Assembly (NCBI GenBank): GCA_965222215.1
Contig: OZ244931.1
Span: 259,517-323,516, forward strand
Length of the DNA: 64,000 nt
Direction: 5' to 3'
Source of the DNA: Alphaproteobacteria bacterium
Lineage (GTDB): Bacteria > Pseudomonadota > Alphaproteobacteria > UBA6615
Below the pieces are notes generated by a model. It searched no databases. It saw only the letters and a program-made list of their open reading frames with translations, and was not told where the DNA came from. Shown here in pieces: positions 36,392 to 46,461 of this stretch; within the stretch, counting starts at the first letter, position 1, and each line of letters begins with the position of its first letter. The position numbers and the translations under genes were made by a program.

Positions 36392-37870
36392 TCACGCCAT
36401 TGCGCGTTTCATGCGCCGCCGCTCAACCGAGGACGGTATTTTCAATGAATCCCGGTACTTGGCGACGGTCCGGCGGGCGATATCCACCCCGTCGTCGCGG
36501 AGGATCTTCACGATCTTGTCGTCGGACAGGATCGATTTGGGGGATTCGTTGTCGATCAGCAGCTTGATCTTGTGGCGCACGGATTCGGCGGAGTGGGCGT
36601 CTTCGCCGTCGGTGCTGTTGATGGCGGTCGTGAAGAAATACTTCAGCTCGAACAGGCCGCGTGGCGTGGCCATGTACTTGTTGGTCGTCACCCGGCTGAT
36701 CGTGCTCTCGTGCATCTTCACCGCCTCGGCGACATCCGCCAGCACGAGCGGTTTCAGGTGGCTCACGCCATGGCGGAAAAACGCGTCCTGGCGGCGCACG
36801 ATTTCCGTGGAGACTTTCAGGATCGTCCGGGCCCGCTGATCCAGCGCGCGGACCAGCCAGTTGGCGGAGTGGAATTTCTCCTGCACGAACGCCCTGTCTT
36901 CTTTGCCGTTGGTGTGCTCCGAAATCTCGGCGTAGTAGGCCCGGTTCACCAGCACCCTCGGCAGGGTGTCGTTGTTGAGTTCGATTTCCCAGCCGCCGCC
37001 CTGCTTGGGCCGCATGGTCACATCGGCGCTTACATACTCGACCGCGCCGTCGTCGAAGCTGGAGCCCGGTTTGGGATCCAGCGTTCGCAGTTCGCTGAGC
37101 ATGTCGGTGAGGTCTTCCTCGTCCACCCCGCAGGCGCGCCGAAGGCCGGCCATGTCGTGTTTGGCGAGAAGTTCGAGATTTTCCAGCAGCGCCTGCATGG
37201 CCGGGTCCAGCCGGTCGCGCTCGGCGAGCTGCAGGGAGAAGCATTCGATCAGGTCGCGCGCGAAAACCCCGGTGGGCTCGAAGGCCTGCAGGATATCGAG
37301 GACCTGCGCGACCTGATCGAGGTCGCAGCCGAGCTGCTCGCAGAGCTCCTCGATACTGGCGACGAGGTAACCGCGATCGTCGATCGAATCGATCAGCGCC
37401 CGTCCGATCAGCCGCGCGGTCGGGTCCGAGATGGAGAGATCGAGTTGCTCGGTCAGGTGCTCGCGCAGCGTGACTTCACTGGCCTGAGTCTGTTCGATGC
37501 CCGGCAGGTTGTCGCTGTCGCCGCGTGGGGACACGGGGCCGGTGCCGGTCCCGCGGAACGGGTCGTCCTGGTAGACATTCTCGTAATTGCTGTCGAGCGG
37601 GGCGTCCTGGGTGGAAATCTCCTCGTTGCTCGACAGGCTGGCAGCGTCTCCGGTTTCCTCGGCAGGCGCCGGTTCGGCAGGCGCGTCGTCACCGCCATCG
37701 GACATAATGGTGTCTTCCCGCTCAAGGAGCGGGTTTTCTTCCAGTTCCGTTTCAACGAAGGCAGCCAGTTCAAGATTGGACAGTTGCAGCAGCTTGATGG
37801 CCTGCTGCAACTGCGGCGTCATGACGGGTGCCTGCGTCTGGCGGAAGTCGAGACGCGCGGACAAAGCCAT
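36392..37870 (-). CDS. rpoN: RNA polymerase sigma-54 factor.
   Basis: Region I Q/L-rich N-terminus. RpoN box ARRTVAKYR at the C-terminus. Confidence 0.95.
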   Translation of the reverse strand: MALSARLDFRQTQAPVMTPQLQQAIKLLQLSNLELAAFVETELEENPLLEREDTIMSDGGDDAPAEPAPAEETGDAASLSSNEEISTQDAPLDSNYENVYQDDPFRGTGTGPVSPRGDSDNLPGIEQTQASEVTLREHLTEQLDLSISDPTARLIGRALIDSIDDRGYLVASIEELCEQLGCDLDQVAQVLDILQAFEPTGVFARDLIECFSLQLAERDRLDPAMQALLENLELLAKHDMAGLRRACGVDEEDLTDMLSELRTLDPKPGSSFDDGAVEYVSADVTMRPKQGGGWEIELNNDTLPRVLVNRAYYAEISEHTNGKEDRAFVQEKFHSANWLVRALDQRARTILKVSTEIVRRQDAFFRHGVSHLKPLVLADVAEAVKMHESTISRVTTNKYMATPRGLFELKYFFTTAINSTDGEDAHSAESVRHKIKLLIDNESPKSILSDDKIVKILRDDGVDIARRTVAKYRDSLKIPSSVERRRMKRAMA

Positions 37871-37882
37871 GGTTAACGTCTT

Positions 37883-38668
37883 CTACAGACTGAATCTTTC
37901 GCCGAGGTAAACACGTCGTACATCCGAATGTGACACGATTTCGGACGGTGCCCCACTCATGAGCACCGAGCCTTCATGCAAGATATAGGCCCGGTCGACG
38001 ATGTCGAGTGTTTCGCGCACGTTGTGATCGGTGATCAGGACCCCGATCCCGCGATCCTTGAGGTGGCTCACGAGGTCGCGGATGTCCGATACGGCGATCG
38101 GATCGATGCCGGCCAGCGGTTCGTCGAGCAGCATGAAGTGCGGCTGGCTGGCCAGTGCGCGGGCGATTTCCACCCGCCGCCGCTCACCGCCGGACAGCGC
38201 CAGCGAGGGTGTGCGTCGCAGGTGCGAGATCGAGAATTCAGCGAGAAGGTCTTCGAGCATGGCCTCGCGCCGGTCGCGCTCGGGCTCGATCACCTCGAGC
38301 ACGGCACGGATGTTCTGCTCGACCGACAAGCCCCGGAAGATCGAGGCTTCCTGGGGCAGGTACCCGATGCCGAGGCGGGCGCGCCGGTACATTGGCAGTT
38401 CGGTGATGTCATGGCCGTCGAGTTCGATAGAGCCGGCGTCGGCCGTGAGCAGGCCGGTGATGATGTAGAAGCAGGTTGTCTTGCCCGCGCCGTTCGGCCC
38501 CAGCAGGCCCACCGCTTCGCCCTGACGCACCTGCAGGGACACGTCGCGGATCACCGGCCGCTTGCGGAAGCGCTTGCCCAGGTTGCGTGCGATCAGACCC
38601 GGATTGTCGGCGACGAGCCGCGGGGCGCCACCGTCCTGGTTCATGGGGTCAAATCGCGCGTCGGTCAT
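37883..38668 (-). CDS. lptB: LPS export ABC transporter ATP-binding protein.
   Basis: Walker A GPNGAGKTT. Signature LSGGERRRVEIARAL. Walker B LLDEP. Sits directly upstream of rpoN. Confidence 0.9.
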   Translation of the reverse strand: MTDARFDPMNQDGGAPRLVADNPGLIARNLGKRFRKRPVIRDVSLQVRQGEAVGLLGPNGAGKTTCFYIITGLLTADAGSIELDGHDITELPMYRRARLGIGYLPQEASIFRGLSVEQNIRAVLEVIEPERDRREAMLEDLLAEFSISHLRRTPSLALSGGERRRVEIARALASQPHFMLLDEPLAGIDPIAVSDIRDLVSHLKDRGIGVLITDHNVRETLDIVDRAYILHEGSVLMSGAPSEIVSHSDVRRVYLGERFSL

Positions 38669-39525
38669 CTGGTTCCCTGGCTGCCCGGGGTACCGGGCGG
38701 GGGGGTGGAAGGCTGGCTCGTTCCGCCGGAACGCGCCTTGGGCAAAAACAGTCCGCGCACACGTTCTCCGGAGCGTGACGAGAGGATTCGGCTTTCACCC
38801 GTCGCCAAATTAACCTCTGCGCGGTCACCGTTCAATTGGGTGTCGCCGCGGGTTATGCGCACATTGCCGGTGACCGTGGCAACACCGCGGCCCGGGTCGT
38901 AGTCACCCTTCTCCGCGCGCACGATGTCTGTCGGTGTCGACACGAGAACATTGCCGTCGGCCTGGATTTTTTTCATTTCCGTCTGGGCATTGGCCTCGGT
39001 GAAGTGCGCGGTCAGGACGTCGGCCCGTACCCGGCGGTCGCCGCGGATCGCCAGCGCGTCGCCGCGCGCGACGGCGATCTGGCGGTTCTCGTAATACTCC
39101 AGGCTGTCGCGCGCGATGATCGTGTCCTCGCGGGTGTCGAGGCGCACGGTATCGCCCGTCATCACCAGTGTGCCCTGGTCGATGTCGTAGACGGCGTTGT
39201 CGGATTGCGCGACCTCGGTCTCGGACACGATCCGCACATTGCCGTTCGCGTTGATCCGGTAGATCTCATTCTCGCCCGCGGCGTTCGGGCGGTAGTGCGC
39301 GATGAGCTGGTCGGCCTCGACGCGAACTCCGCCCTGGCTGGCCCGCGCGTTGCCGCGTGCAAGATAGAGCTGGTTCGCCCGCTGCCACTCGATCCCCTCG
39401 TCGGCCTCGATCTGGATCGGCCCGTCGCCGGTGCCTCCGAAGCCGAGCGATTGCGCAGCGGCGGACAACGGGGTGACGGCCAGCAGGAAGCCGGTCAGCA
39501 GAAGGCTGGCAAGCGCGCGGGTCAT
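38665..39525 (-). CDS. lptA: LPS transport periplasmic protein LptA (OstA-like).
   Basis: Signal peptide and OstA-like beta-jellyroll repeats. ATGA overlap with lptB. Confidence 0.8.
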   Translation of the reverse strand: MTRALASLLLTGFLLAVTPLSAAAQSLGFGGTGDGPIQIEADEGIEWQRANQLYLARGNARASQGGVRVEADQLIAHYRPNAAGENEIYRINANGNVRIVSETEVAQSDNAVYDIDQGTLVMTGDTVRLDTREDTIIARDSLEYYENRQIAVARGDALAIRGDRRVRADVLTAHFTEANAQTEMKKIQADGNVLVSTPTDIVRAEKGDYDPGRGVATVTGNVRITRGDTQLNGDRAEVNLATGESRILSSRSGERVRGLFLPKARSGGTSQPSTPPPGTPGSQGTR

Positions 39526-40250
39526 TGCGGGGGGGATCCTTCGAATACGGTGAGCGTTGCCGGCCCGAGGAAGAGCACCCGGTCTCCCGAATCAAGCACC
39601 CGGAATCCCTCGGCGTTCAGGATTCCGAACGGGCCCTGGCCGGCCACGGGTTCGTCGCCGGATGCGGAGCTGTCTTCCAGATGGACCTGCGCCGCGGTGG
39701 TCTTGAACTCGTAGCCATCGTCATGAAACAGGTTCACGTCGCCCTGCAGGTGCAGGACGTTCGTGGCGCTCTCGAAGCGGCCGTCGATCGCGTTCAGCGC
39801 GATCCACGAACCGTCTTTCAGCACGATGTCGGCCGTCGGGTTGGTCAGGTCGTAGATTTCCTCGCCCCCGTCGCCGATCGCGCGCGAGCCCAGGTCCGCG
39901 GTGATCTGGAACGGCCGCTTTTCCGAATCGATCCCCTGCAGGCGCGGATTGAGGACCTGCGGCTTGCTGCCGCCGGCCGGGCCGACTGCGGCCAGGTCGA
40001 TGCTGAAACTTTCTTCGTCGGGCGACAGGCGGGGCCACACCGCCACCAGCACCAACATGGCGAAAGCCAGGCCCGGCAGCAGGTACTTCATGGTGGAAAC
40101 GAGCCGCGATCGCCCGAAGCCGCTGCGCCGCCGGCGCGGATTGTCGCTCAGCCTGGAGTGGCGGTTTCGCCGCGTCTTGCCGCTGGCGGGTTCGGACGCG
40201 GCGGTCGTGATGCCCGTGTCTGTCATGCGTCCGTCAGACGAGGCCCGCAC
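39522..40250 (-). CDS. lptC: LPS export system protein LptC.
   Basis: N-terminal TM anchor (MKYLLPGLAFAMLVLVAVWP) followed by an LptC-like beta-jellyroll. The exact start is uncertain (40250, or the ATG at ~40226). Confidence 0.7.
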   Translation of the reverse strand: MRASSDGRMTDTGITTAASEPASGKTRRNRHSRLSDNPRRRRSGFGRSRLVSTMKYLLPGLAFAMLVLVAVWPRLSPDEESFSIDLAAVGPAGGSKPQVLNPRLQGIDSEKRPFQITADLGSRAIGDGGEEIYDLTNPTADIVLKDGSWIALNAIDGRFESATNVLHLQGDVNLFHDDGYEFKTTAAQVHLEDSSASGDEPVAGQGPFGILNAEGFRVLDSGDRVLFLGPATLTVFEGSPPQ

Positions 40251-41241
40251 GCAGGCAGTCGTGGATATGCAGTATGCCGACCGGCGTCGTGCCCCGGGCC
40301 ACGAAAAGCGCCGTGATCTGGCTTGCGTTCATCTGTCCCAGCGCTTCGGACGCCAGGGCCTGGACGCGGATGGTTTTCGGTTTTCCGGTCATGATCTCGC
40401 CGCAAGTAAGGCTGGGCAATGTGTCGGACATATGGCGGCGAAGGTCGCCGTCCGTGATCACGCCGATCAGGTCGCCGGCATCGTCGACGACGCCGGCGCA
40501 TCCGAAACCCTTCGCGGTCATGATGATCAGGGCGTCGGCCACCTTGTCGTCACGAGTGACCAGGGGCAGCGCTTCGCCTTCGTGCATCAGGTCGCCGACC
40601 CGCAACAGGTTCTGGCCGAGTTTGCCGCCAGGGTGAAGAACCTGGAAGTCTTCCGCCGTGAACCCTCGCCGGTCGAGCAGCGCGATGGCGAGCGCGTCGC
40701 CCATCGCCAGCATCGCCGTTGTCGATGTCGTCGGCGCCAGGCCCATCGGGCAGGCTTCCGCGACGGGTGGCAACAGCAGCGTGCAGTCGCTGTTGTCCGC
40801 GAGCGAACTGTTGCTTCGCCCGGTGATGGATATCAGCGGTACCTCGAAGCGGCGGCAGTAATTGATGACGTCGCCCAGCTCGGGCGTTTCACCGGAATTG
40901 GACAGCGCCAGAACCACGTCTTCGCGCGCGATCATGCCCAGGTCGCCATGGCTGGCTTCGCCGGGGTGCACGAAGAAGGATGGCGTGCCCGTGCTGGCGA
41001 GCGTGGATGAAATCTTGCGGGCGATGTGCCCGCTCTTGCCCATGCCGGTCACGACCGCGCGTCCGGGTGAGCCGTCGATCAGGTTGACGGCCTGCACGAA
41101 AGCTTCGTCGAGATCGTCACCCATCGCGCGCAGCGCATCGGCCTCCAGCCGGAACACGCGCCGGGCGGCCTCGATATCGGCCTCTGCATCGCGTGCGTCG
41201 GTGCGGGATTTCGTGGAGCCTGTCACGGGCGTGTCGTTCAT
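40234..41241 (-). CDS. kdsD: Arabinose-5-phosphate isomerase (KpsF/GutQ family, SIS + tandem CBS domains).
   Basis: SIS motif (AVVTGMGKSGHIARKISSTLASTGTPSFFVHP). Two C-terminal CBS domains. Confidence 0.9.
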   Translation of the reverse strand: MNDTPVTGSTKSRTDARDAEADIEAARRVFRLEADALRAMGDDLDEAFVQAVNLIDGSPGRAVVTGMGKSGHIARKISSTLASTGTPSFFVHPGEASHGDLGMIAREDVVLALSNSGETPELGDVINYCRRFEVPLISITGRSNSSLADNSDCTLLLPPVAEACPMGLAPTTSTTAMLAMGDALAIALLDRRGFTAEDFQVLHPGGKLGQNLLRVGDLMHEGEALPLVTRDDKVADALIIMTAKGFGCAGVVDDAGDLIGVITDGDLRRHMSDTLPSLTCGEIMTGKPKTIRVQALASEALGQMNASQITALFVARGTTPVGILHIHDCLRAGLV

Positions 41242-41357
41242 CTTGAAAGGGTGTTCGGCCGAAATGGCAAAAATGCGCGAAATGTCCCCAAAACCAAACG
41301 CTTGCAGTATGGGGTGAACGTTCGTGAATCGTCAAACGACGCGGGTGCGCAGCGGCC

Positions 41358-41981
41358 TCAGTTGTGCGCCAGCAGGTCGACGTCCGGCCAGCCCGCGAGG
41401 TCGAGCGCCGCGCGCGCGGGCAGGAAATCGAAACAGGCCTGGGCTAGGTGCGTGCGGTCGTGCCGTTCCAGCATCGCGTCGAGACGAATTTTCAGTTCGT
41501 GCAGGAAAAACACGTCGTTTGCCGCATACTCCTGCTGTTCCGGGGTCAGCTCGTCGGCGCCCCAGTCCGAGCTTTGTTGCTGCTTGGAGATATCGACGCC
41601 GAGCAGGTCACGGCACAAATCCTTCAGGCCGTGCCTGTCGGTGAACGTCCGCACCAGGCGCGAGGCCGTACGCGTGCAGTAGACCGGTCCGGCTTCGACC
41701 CCGAGATACTGCTGGATCGCGGCCAGGTCGAAGCGCGCGAAGTGGTAGAGCTTGAGACGGCTCGTGTCAGCCAGCAACGCCTTCAGGTTCGGCGCGTCGT
41801 ACGCGTCGCCCTCGCTCGCCGGGAACTGGACCAGGTGGGCCACGCCGTCGCCGGCGGAAAGCTGGACGAGGCAGAGCCTGTCGCGCAGCGGGTTCAGCCC
41901 CATGGTTTCGGTGTCGACGGCGATGATGTCGCCGAGATCGAGGCCGTCGGGCAGGTCGTGTTTGTGGAGTTCGATGTCCAA
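41358..41981 (-). CDS. rnd: Ribonuclease D, short form (DEDDy 3'-5' exonuclease).
   Basis: Exo motifs IAVDTET, YHFARFD and YAANDV. A probable TTG start at 41981 (GGAAG SD) gives ~207 aa. The track ORF to 42134 would collide with the divergent gene's RBS. Confidence 0.7.
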   Translation of the reverse strand: MDIELHKHDLPDGLDLGDIIAVDTETMGLNPLRDRLCLVQLSAGDGVAHLVQFPASEGDAYDAPNLKALLADTSRLKLYHFARFDLAAIQQYLGVEAGPVYCTRTASRLVRTFTDRHGLKDLCRDLLGVDISKQQQSSDWGADELTPEQQEYAANDVFFLHELKIRLDAMLERHDRTHLAQACFDFLPARAALDLAGWPDVDLLAHN

Positions 41982-42148
41982 GGCGCGCTTCCGCTTGGTT
42001 TCCGGCCATGTTCGTGCCGGGCGCGCGGTTGCTAACGCCTTGTGCTTGTTCCTGTCAACCGCCGCGCTTGGCAGGCCATGCGGCGTGGGTCTATACAGCG
42101 GTTCCGCCGCGTGCGCGGCAGTTCGACAGCCCATGTGGGAGCAGCAAC

Positions 42149-43099
42149 ATGGAACTGGATCAGGTTACGGTCTTCGGCGGTTCGGGTTTTCTCGGCCGCT
42201 ATGTCGTCGAACGGCTGGCGGATCGCGATATCGTCGTGCGGGTCGGGGTCCGCGACCCGGAGGCCGCCAAGCATCTCAAGCCGCTCGGCCAGGTCGGACA
42301 GGTCAACCCGTTCGCATGCAACATCAGGGATGAAGCCTCTGTGCGGGCGGCCGTGGAAGGCGCCGATGCCGTGATCAACCTTGTCGGCATTCTGGCCGAG
42401 CGCGGGCGGCAGACGTTCAAGGCATTGCATGTCGACGCGGCGGGTGCGATCGCCCGTGCGGCGGCCGATGCGGGCTGCGAGTCTCTGGTCCAGGTCTCCG
42501 CGATTGGGGCCGCACCGTCGGCGCTGTCGGAGTATTCCCGGTCCAAGGCGGCCGGCGAGGCCGCGGTACGCGAGGCCTTTCCGGCGGCAACGATTGTCCG
42601 TCCGTCGGTGATCTTCGGGCCAGAGGACGGGTTCTTCAATCTGTTCGGCGGGCTTGCGCGGGTTGCACCGGCACTGCCCCTCTACGGTGGCGGCAAGACG
42701 CGCTTTCAGCCGGTCTATGTTGCGGACGTTGCCGATGCCGTCGTGGCGGCGCTCGGGAATTCCGGGGCGGCGGGGCGGACCTACGAACTGGGCGGGCCGC
42801 GTGTCTATACGTTCGCGGAACTCATGGAACTCATGCTGGCGGAGGTCCGCCGCAACCGTTTTCTCGTGCCGCTCCCGTTCTTCGTCGGCGATATTCAGGC
42901 ATTCTTCATGGAATTCCTGCCGAACCCGCCGGTCACCCGCGATTCGATGAAATCGCTGCGCGAAGACAATGTCGTTGCCGAAGACGCACTGACGCTTGCT
43001 GACCTCGGCATTGTGCCGACACCGGCGGAAGCGATCCTTCCGACCTATCTCCACCGGTACCGCAAGGGTGGCCGGTTGGGCCGCGCCTCGATCGCCTGA
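42149..43099 (+). CDS. NAD(P)H-binding NmrA/NDUFA9-like (complex I 39-kDa subunit family) protein.
   Basis: Rossmann motif VFGGSGFLGRYV. SD GGGAG. The ORF-track N-terminal 47 aa are over-extension. Confidence 0.8.
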   Translation: MELDQVTVFGGSGFLGRYVVERLADRDIVVRVGVRDPEAAKHLKPLGQVGQVNPFACNIRDEASVRAAVEGADAVINLVGILAERGRQTFKALHVDAAGAIARAAADAGCESLVQVSAIGAAPSALSEYSRSKAAGEAAVREAFPAATIVRPSVIFGPEDGFFNLFGGLARVAPALPLYGGGKTRFQPVYVADVADAVVAALGNSGAAGRTYELGGPRVYTFAELMELMLAEVRRNRFLVPLPFFVGDIQAFFMEFLPNPPVTRDSMKSLREDNVVAEDALTLADLGIVPTPAEAILPTYLHRYRKGGRLGRASIA

Positions 43100-43121
43100 A
43101 CCCTCGACCGTTTGAACAGGG

Positions 43122-43925
43122 TCAGAACGCGCCGTAGGCCCAGGCGAGGATCACGCCGCCGACGACCAGGCGGTAGACGACGAACGGCCCGAAACCCGCG
43201 AACTTCAGCCAGCGCAGGAACAGAGCGATGGCCGCCAGTGCGGCCACGAACGACAGTGCGGCGGCGATCAATGCGGATTGGGTCAGCAGTGGGTCGCCCG
43301 ATGCGATGAGCTCCCGGCCGATCAGAGCCCCGGCCCCGCCGATGGCGGGGATCGAAAGCAGCATGGAGAAACGCGCGGCCTCCGCGCGCTCGTAGCCTAG
43401 AAAGCGCGCGGCGGTGATCGTGATGCCCGAACGGCTGGTCCCCGGGATCAGCGCCAGCGCCTGCGCGAGGCCGATCACCACGGCATTGGGCATGTTCATG
43501 TGTTCCATGCGCAGGATTTTCATGCCCATGCGGTCGCCCGCGAACAACAGCAATGCGAAGCCGAGGGTTGCCCAGCCGACCCCCTCCAGGCTGCGAAGCG
43601 AATCCTCGATGAGCCCGCGGCCGAAATAACCGGCGAGCGCGACGGGAATACTGGCGACGATGAGATAGCCGGCGAGCTTCGTGCCATCATGCCGTCGCCC
43701 GCGCGCCGCGTTCCCGAGGCCCGCGAGGATGAAAAACAGGTCGCGCCAGAAATACAGAATGACCGCGAAGAGCGTGCCGACATGGACCGCGACGTCGATC
43801 ACCAGCGTGTTCCCCTCCAGGCCCAGCAGGTCCGAGACGATACGCAGATGTCCCGACGAACTGATCGGGAGGAATTCAGTGATGCCCTGAACGACGGCGA
43901 GAACGAAAAGTTCGAAGATCGACAT
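43122..43925 (-). CDS. uppP: Undecaprenyl-diphosphate phosphatase.
   Basis: BacA signatures (QGITEFLPISSSGHL, PGTSRSG). Confidence 0.9.
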   Translation of the reverse strand: MSIFELFVLAVVQGITEFLPISSSGHLRIVSDLLGLEGNTLVIDVAVHVGTLFAVILYFWRDLFFILAGLGNAARGRRHDGTKLAGYLIVASIPVALAGYFGRGLIEDSLRSLEGVGWATLGFALLLFAGDRMGMKILRMEHMNMPNAVVIGLAQALALIPGTSRSGITITAARFLGYERAEAARFSMLLSIPAIGGAGALIGRELIASGDPLLTQSALIAAALSFVAALAAIALFLRWLKFAGFGPFVVYRLVVGGVILAWAYGAF

Positions 43926-44088
43926 GGGTTATTCGGCGCTGCCCTGACGCGGAGAATTTGTTTACCACCTGCTTTCGACGCCAAGGAACCGATTAACGTC
44001 GCTGTTTCATGACCTGGCGAATGGTTGCCCGCGCCCGGCTGTGGATTTACGTTTCGAAGGAAGGGGCGCTGGCTTTGGAAGGGCTTTC

Positions 44089-44535
44089 ATGGGCCGGAAA
44101 CTCGAATCGACGGTGGTGCGCGCGGGCGCGTCGGGCTGGTTTCGGCGTAAGGGCAGGCGCGCTGGAGAGGCGCTGGAAAAACTTCCCGTTTCCGAGGTCG
44201 TGGGAAAGGTCGGGAAAGCGGCCGATTCCATCGCCACCGATATACCGGACGACGCTGCCGGACCGACCCTGAGCCACTTTCTTGTCTATGCGGTGATTGT
44301 CGTCGCCGCCACCCTGTTTCTCGGCGCTGTCTCCGGTCAGTACGGCGCTGTCGGCATCATCTCCGCGCTCGGTGCGCCGGTGTTAAACATTTTCCTGTTT
44401 ACGCGCGTGGTCCCGCGCGGATGGTCCGGGGATTTCAAATTCTTTGCGTTCGTGGTGTTCGTGATCCTGCCGGGCATATATCTGTTTGCATCCCTGTTCA
44501 TGGACTTTGCATGGTGGCCGTCGTCGCGGCACTAA
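44089..44535 (+). CDS. Hypothetical membrane protein (3-4 TM helices).
   Basis: SD GGAAGGG before ATG 44089. Hydrophobic C-terminal half. Confidence 0.5.
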   Translation: MGRKLESTVVRAGASGWFRRKGRRAGEALEKLPVSEVVGKVGKAADSIATDIPDDAAGPTLSHFLVYAVIVVAATLFLGAVSGQYGAVGIISALGAPVLNIFLFTRVVPRGWSGDFKFFAFVVFVILPGIYLFASLFMDFAWWPSSRH

Positions 44536-44627
44536 TATTTTTTATCCACTGAAACGTCGGCGTTCGCACCGTTGCCGCCCGGGTCTGAGGCGCTAGATTG
44601 CGGACAACCCAATTCACGGAGCCGACC

Positions 44628-45602
44628 ATGCCGAACGACACGAAGCTAAGTCCCACCGCCCTGATCCACCCGCAACAGGCGGACGCGTTGAAGCGCAACG
44701 CCGAGATCGTTGCCGAGGTCGGTGGCCAGGGTGAAACCCTTGAAGAGGTTCGCACGCAGGCTGAAGCCGCGCGCGCGGTGTGGAACAAGGGCGGGCCAGA
44801 GATGGCGGTGAACGAGGCACGGACGATTCCGGGTCCGTTCCGCGACGTGCCGGTGCAGTTCTACAAACCGTCGGACGCCGACGGTCTGCCGGTGTTCGTC
44901 TACCTGCATGGCGGCGGCTTCCGGATCGGCGGGCCGCTGTCGAATGATCGCCAGATGCGGGAGATCGCCGACGCCTGGGGCGGTGCGGTGATCAGCGCCG
45001 ACTATGTGCATGTGCCGGAGCACAGCTTCCCCGATCCGGTGGATGAAATCGTCGCCGTGGTCGAGTGGCTGACGGAGAATGGCGGCGACTGGGGTTTGGA
45101 TACGGACCGGATCGCTATCGGCGGCGCGTCGGCGGGCGCCAGCATCGCGCTCGGCGTGGCCCAGGCGCTTCGCGACAACGGCAAGGGCGATCTGCTGAAG
45201 GCCGCCATCTCTCTCTACGGCGTGCTCGACTACAATCTGGAATCGGATTCGATGAAGGAACTCGGCGGCGGCGATTTCATGCTGACGACCGAGTACACGC
45301 AGATGGTCTATGACGGCTACGTGCCCGACGTTGCCGATCGTGAAGATCCGCGCGCCTTTGCCGTGAAGGCGGATCCGGCCGGCCTGCCGCCGATGTTCAT
45401 TGCCGCCGCGCAGCTCGATCCGATCCGGGACGATTCGATCGCGCTGGCGGAAAAGTTGGAAGCTGCCGGACACCCGCACAAGCTGGAAGTCTATCCCGGC
45501 GTGATGCACGCCTTCTTCGGATACTCCGGCGTGATCGACGAGGCCAAACGCTGTGTCGACGACACGGCGGCCTATCTCGGCGAAACCCTCGGGGGTGCAT
45601 AG
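44628..45602 (+). CDS. Alpha/beta hydrolase (HSL-like esterase/lipase).
   Basis: Oxyanion motif HGGGF and nucleophile GGASAGASIA. SD ACGGAG before ATG 44628. Confidence 0.8.
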   Translation: MPNDTKLSPTALIHPQQADALKRNAEIVAEVGGQGETLEEVRTQAEAARAVWNKGGPEMAVNEARTIPGPFRDVPVQFYKPSDADGLPVFVYLHGGGFRIGGPLSNDRQMREIADAWGGAVISADYVHVPEHSFPDPVDEIVAVVEWLTENGGDWGLDTDRIAIGGASAGASIALGVAQALRDNGKGDLLKAAISLYGVLDYNLESDSMKELGGGDFMLTTEYTQMVYDGYVPDVADREDPRAFAVKADPAGLPPMFIAAAQLDPIRDDSIALAEKLEAAGHPHKLEVYPGVMHAFFGYSGVIDEAKRCVDDTAAYLGETLGGA

Positions 45603-45779
45603 TCCATGACCGTTGCGCTCGCTGCGTTTTTCGTTTCCGTTGTCCTCATCTTCGTGGTGCCGCCGGTCGGTCTCATCGCCACGCCTCTCACCGCGATCTG
45701 GGTGATTGTTGCGTTCTGTGTGACGGTGCTCGGTTGGGGTTTCCGGGGCAGCAGGAAAACCGACGACTAGGTTTTCGCG

Positions 45780-46457
45780 TCAGCTTTCTCTGCGACGCAG
45801 CAGCATGAAGGCTTCGGCGGCTGTGAACCCGGCTTCGCCGCCGCGCAACGTCGCGAGTGCGCGCAACCCGGCCTCGCTGCGTGGGAACGGATGGTCGGAA
45901 AACTCCGAGGCGTAGTGCGCGATGGCGGCGACCTTGCCGTCCAGATGGTCGGAGATGTCGATATAGGTGTTGGGACGGAACGCTTCGACACTCGGGTCGA
46001 GGCCGAAGCCGGTCTCGGACAACGTCTCGTAGGCGAGCACGTCGTGAATCGACGGGTAGCGGAACCATTTTGTACAGGCCGCCGCCGCTTCGAACACGAC
46101 GCGGTGGTCTGAGTGACTGTCCGCCGGGTGCGGCAGGTACATGCGTTCCGGCGCGATTTTTCCCACCAGCTCGGCCATGTCCGAAACCAGGTCCGCGCGC
46201 GGCAGGCTGTCGAGCTGTGCGGTCGGATAGCCAAGGTTGTGGACCCCGGCGAAACCGAAATGACCGGCAACGTCAGCAATGGTCTCCTCGCGCGCGGCGA
46301 TCTGGGCGTCGCTGTAGCCGGCGTCGGGGTGCATCGCCGTGACGATGCACCAGTGGACGGCGTCGCCCGCCGCGACATGGCGCAGGATGGCCCCGCCGCA
46401 ACCGAGCGTTTCGTCGTCGGGGTGGGGTGCCACGATCAGAACATTTCCCATGCTCAT
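45780..46457 (-). CDS. PIG-L / LmbE-family N-acetylglucosaminyl deacetylase.
   Basis: Zinc motif VAPHPDDETLGCGG and HxxH. Confidence 0.85.
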   Translation of the reverse strand: MSMGNVLIVAPHPDDETLGCGGAILRHVAAGDAVHWCIVTAMHPDAGYSDAQIAAREETIADVAGHFGFAGVHNLGYPTAQLDSLPRADLVSDMAELVGKIAPERMYLPHPADSHSDHRVVFEAAAACTKWFRYPSIHDVLAYETLSETGFGLDPSVEAFRPNTYIDISDHLDGKVAAIAHYASEFSDHPFPRSEAGLRALATLRGGEAGFTAAEAFMLLRRRES

Positions 46458-46461
46458 GTCC

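Noticed and set aside
42008-42148. A 47-aa N-terminal extension of the NDUFA9-like ORF (MFVPGARLLTPCACSC...).
   Set aside because: An internal ATG at 42149 has a good GGGAG SD and begins exactly at the Rossmann fold. The extension would also overlap the divergent rnd promoter.
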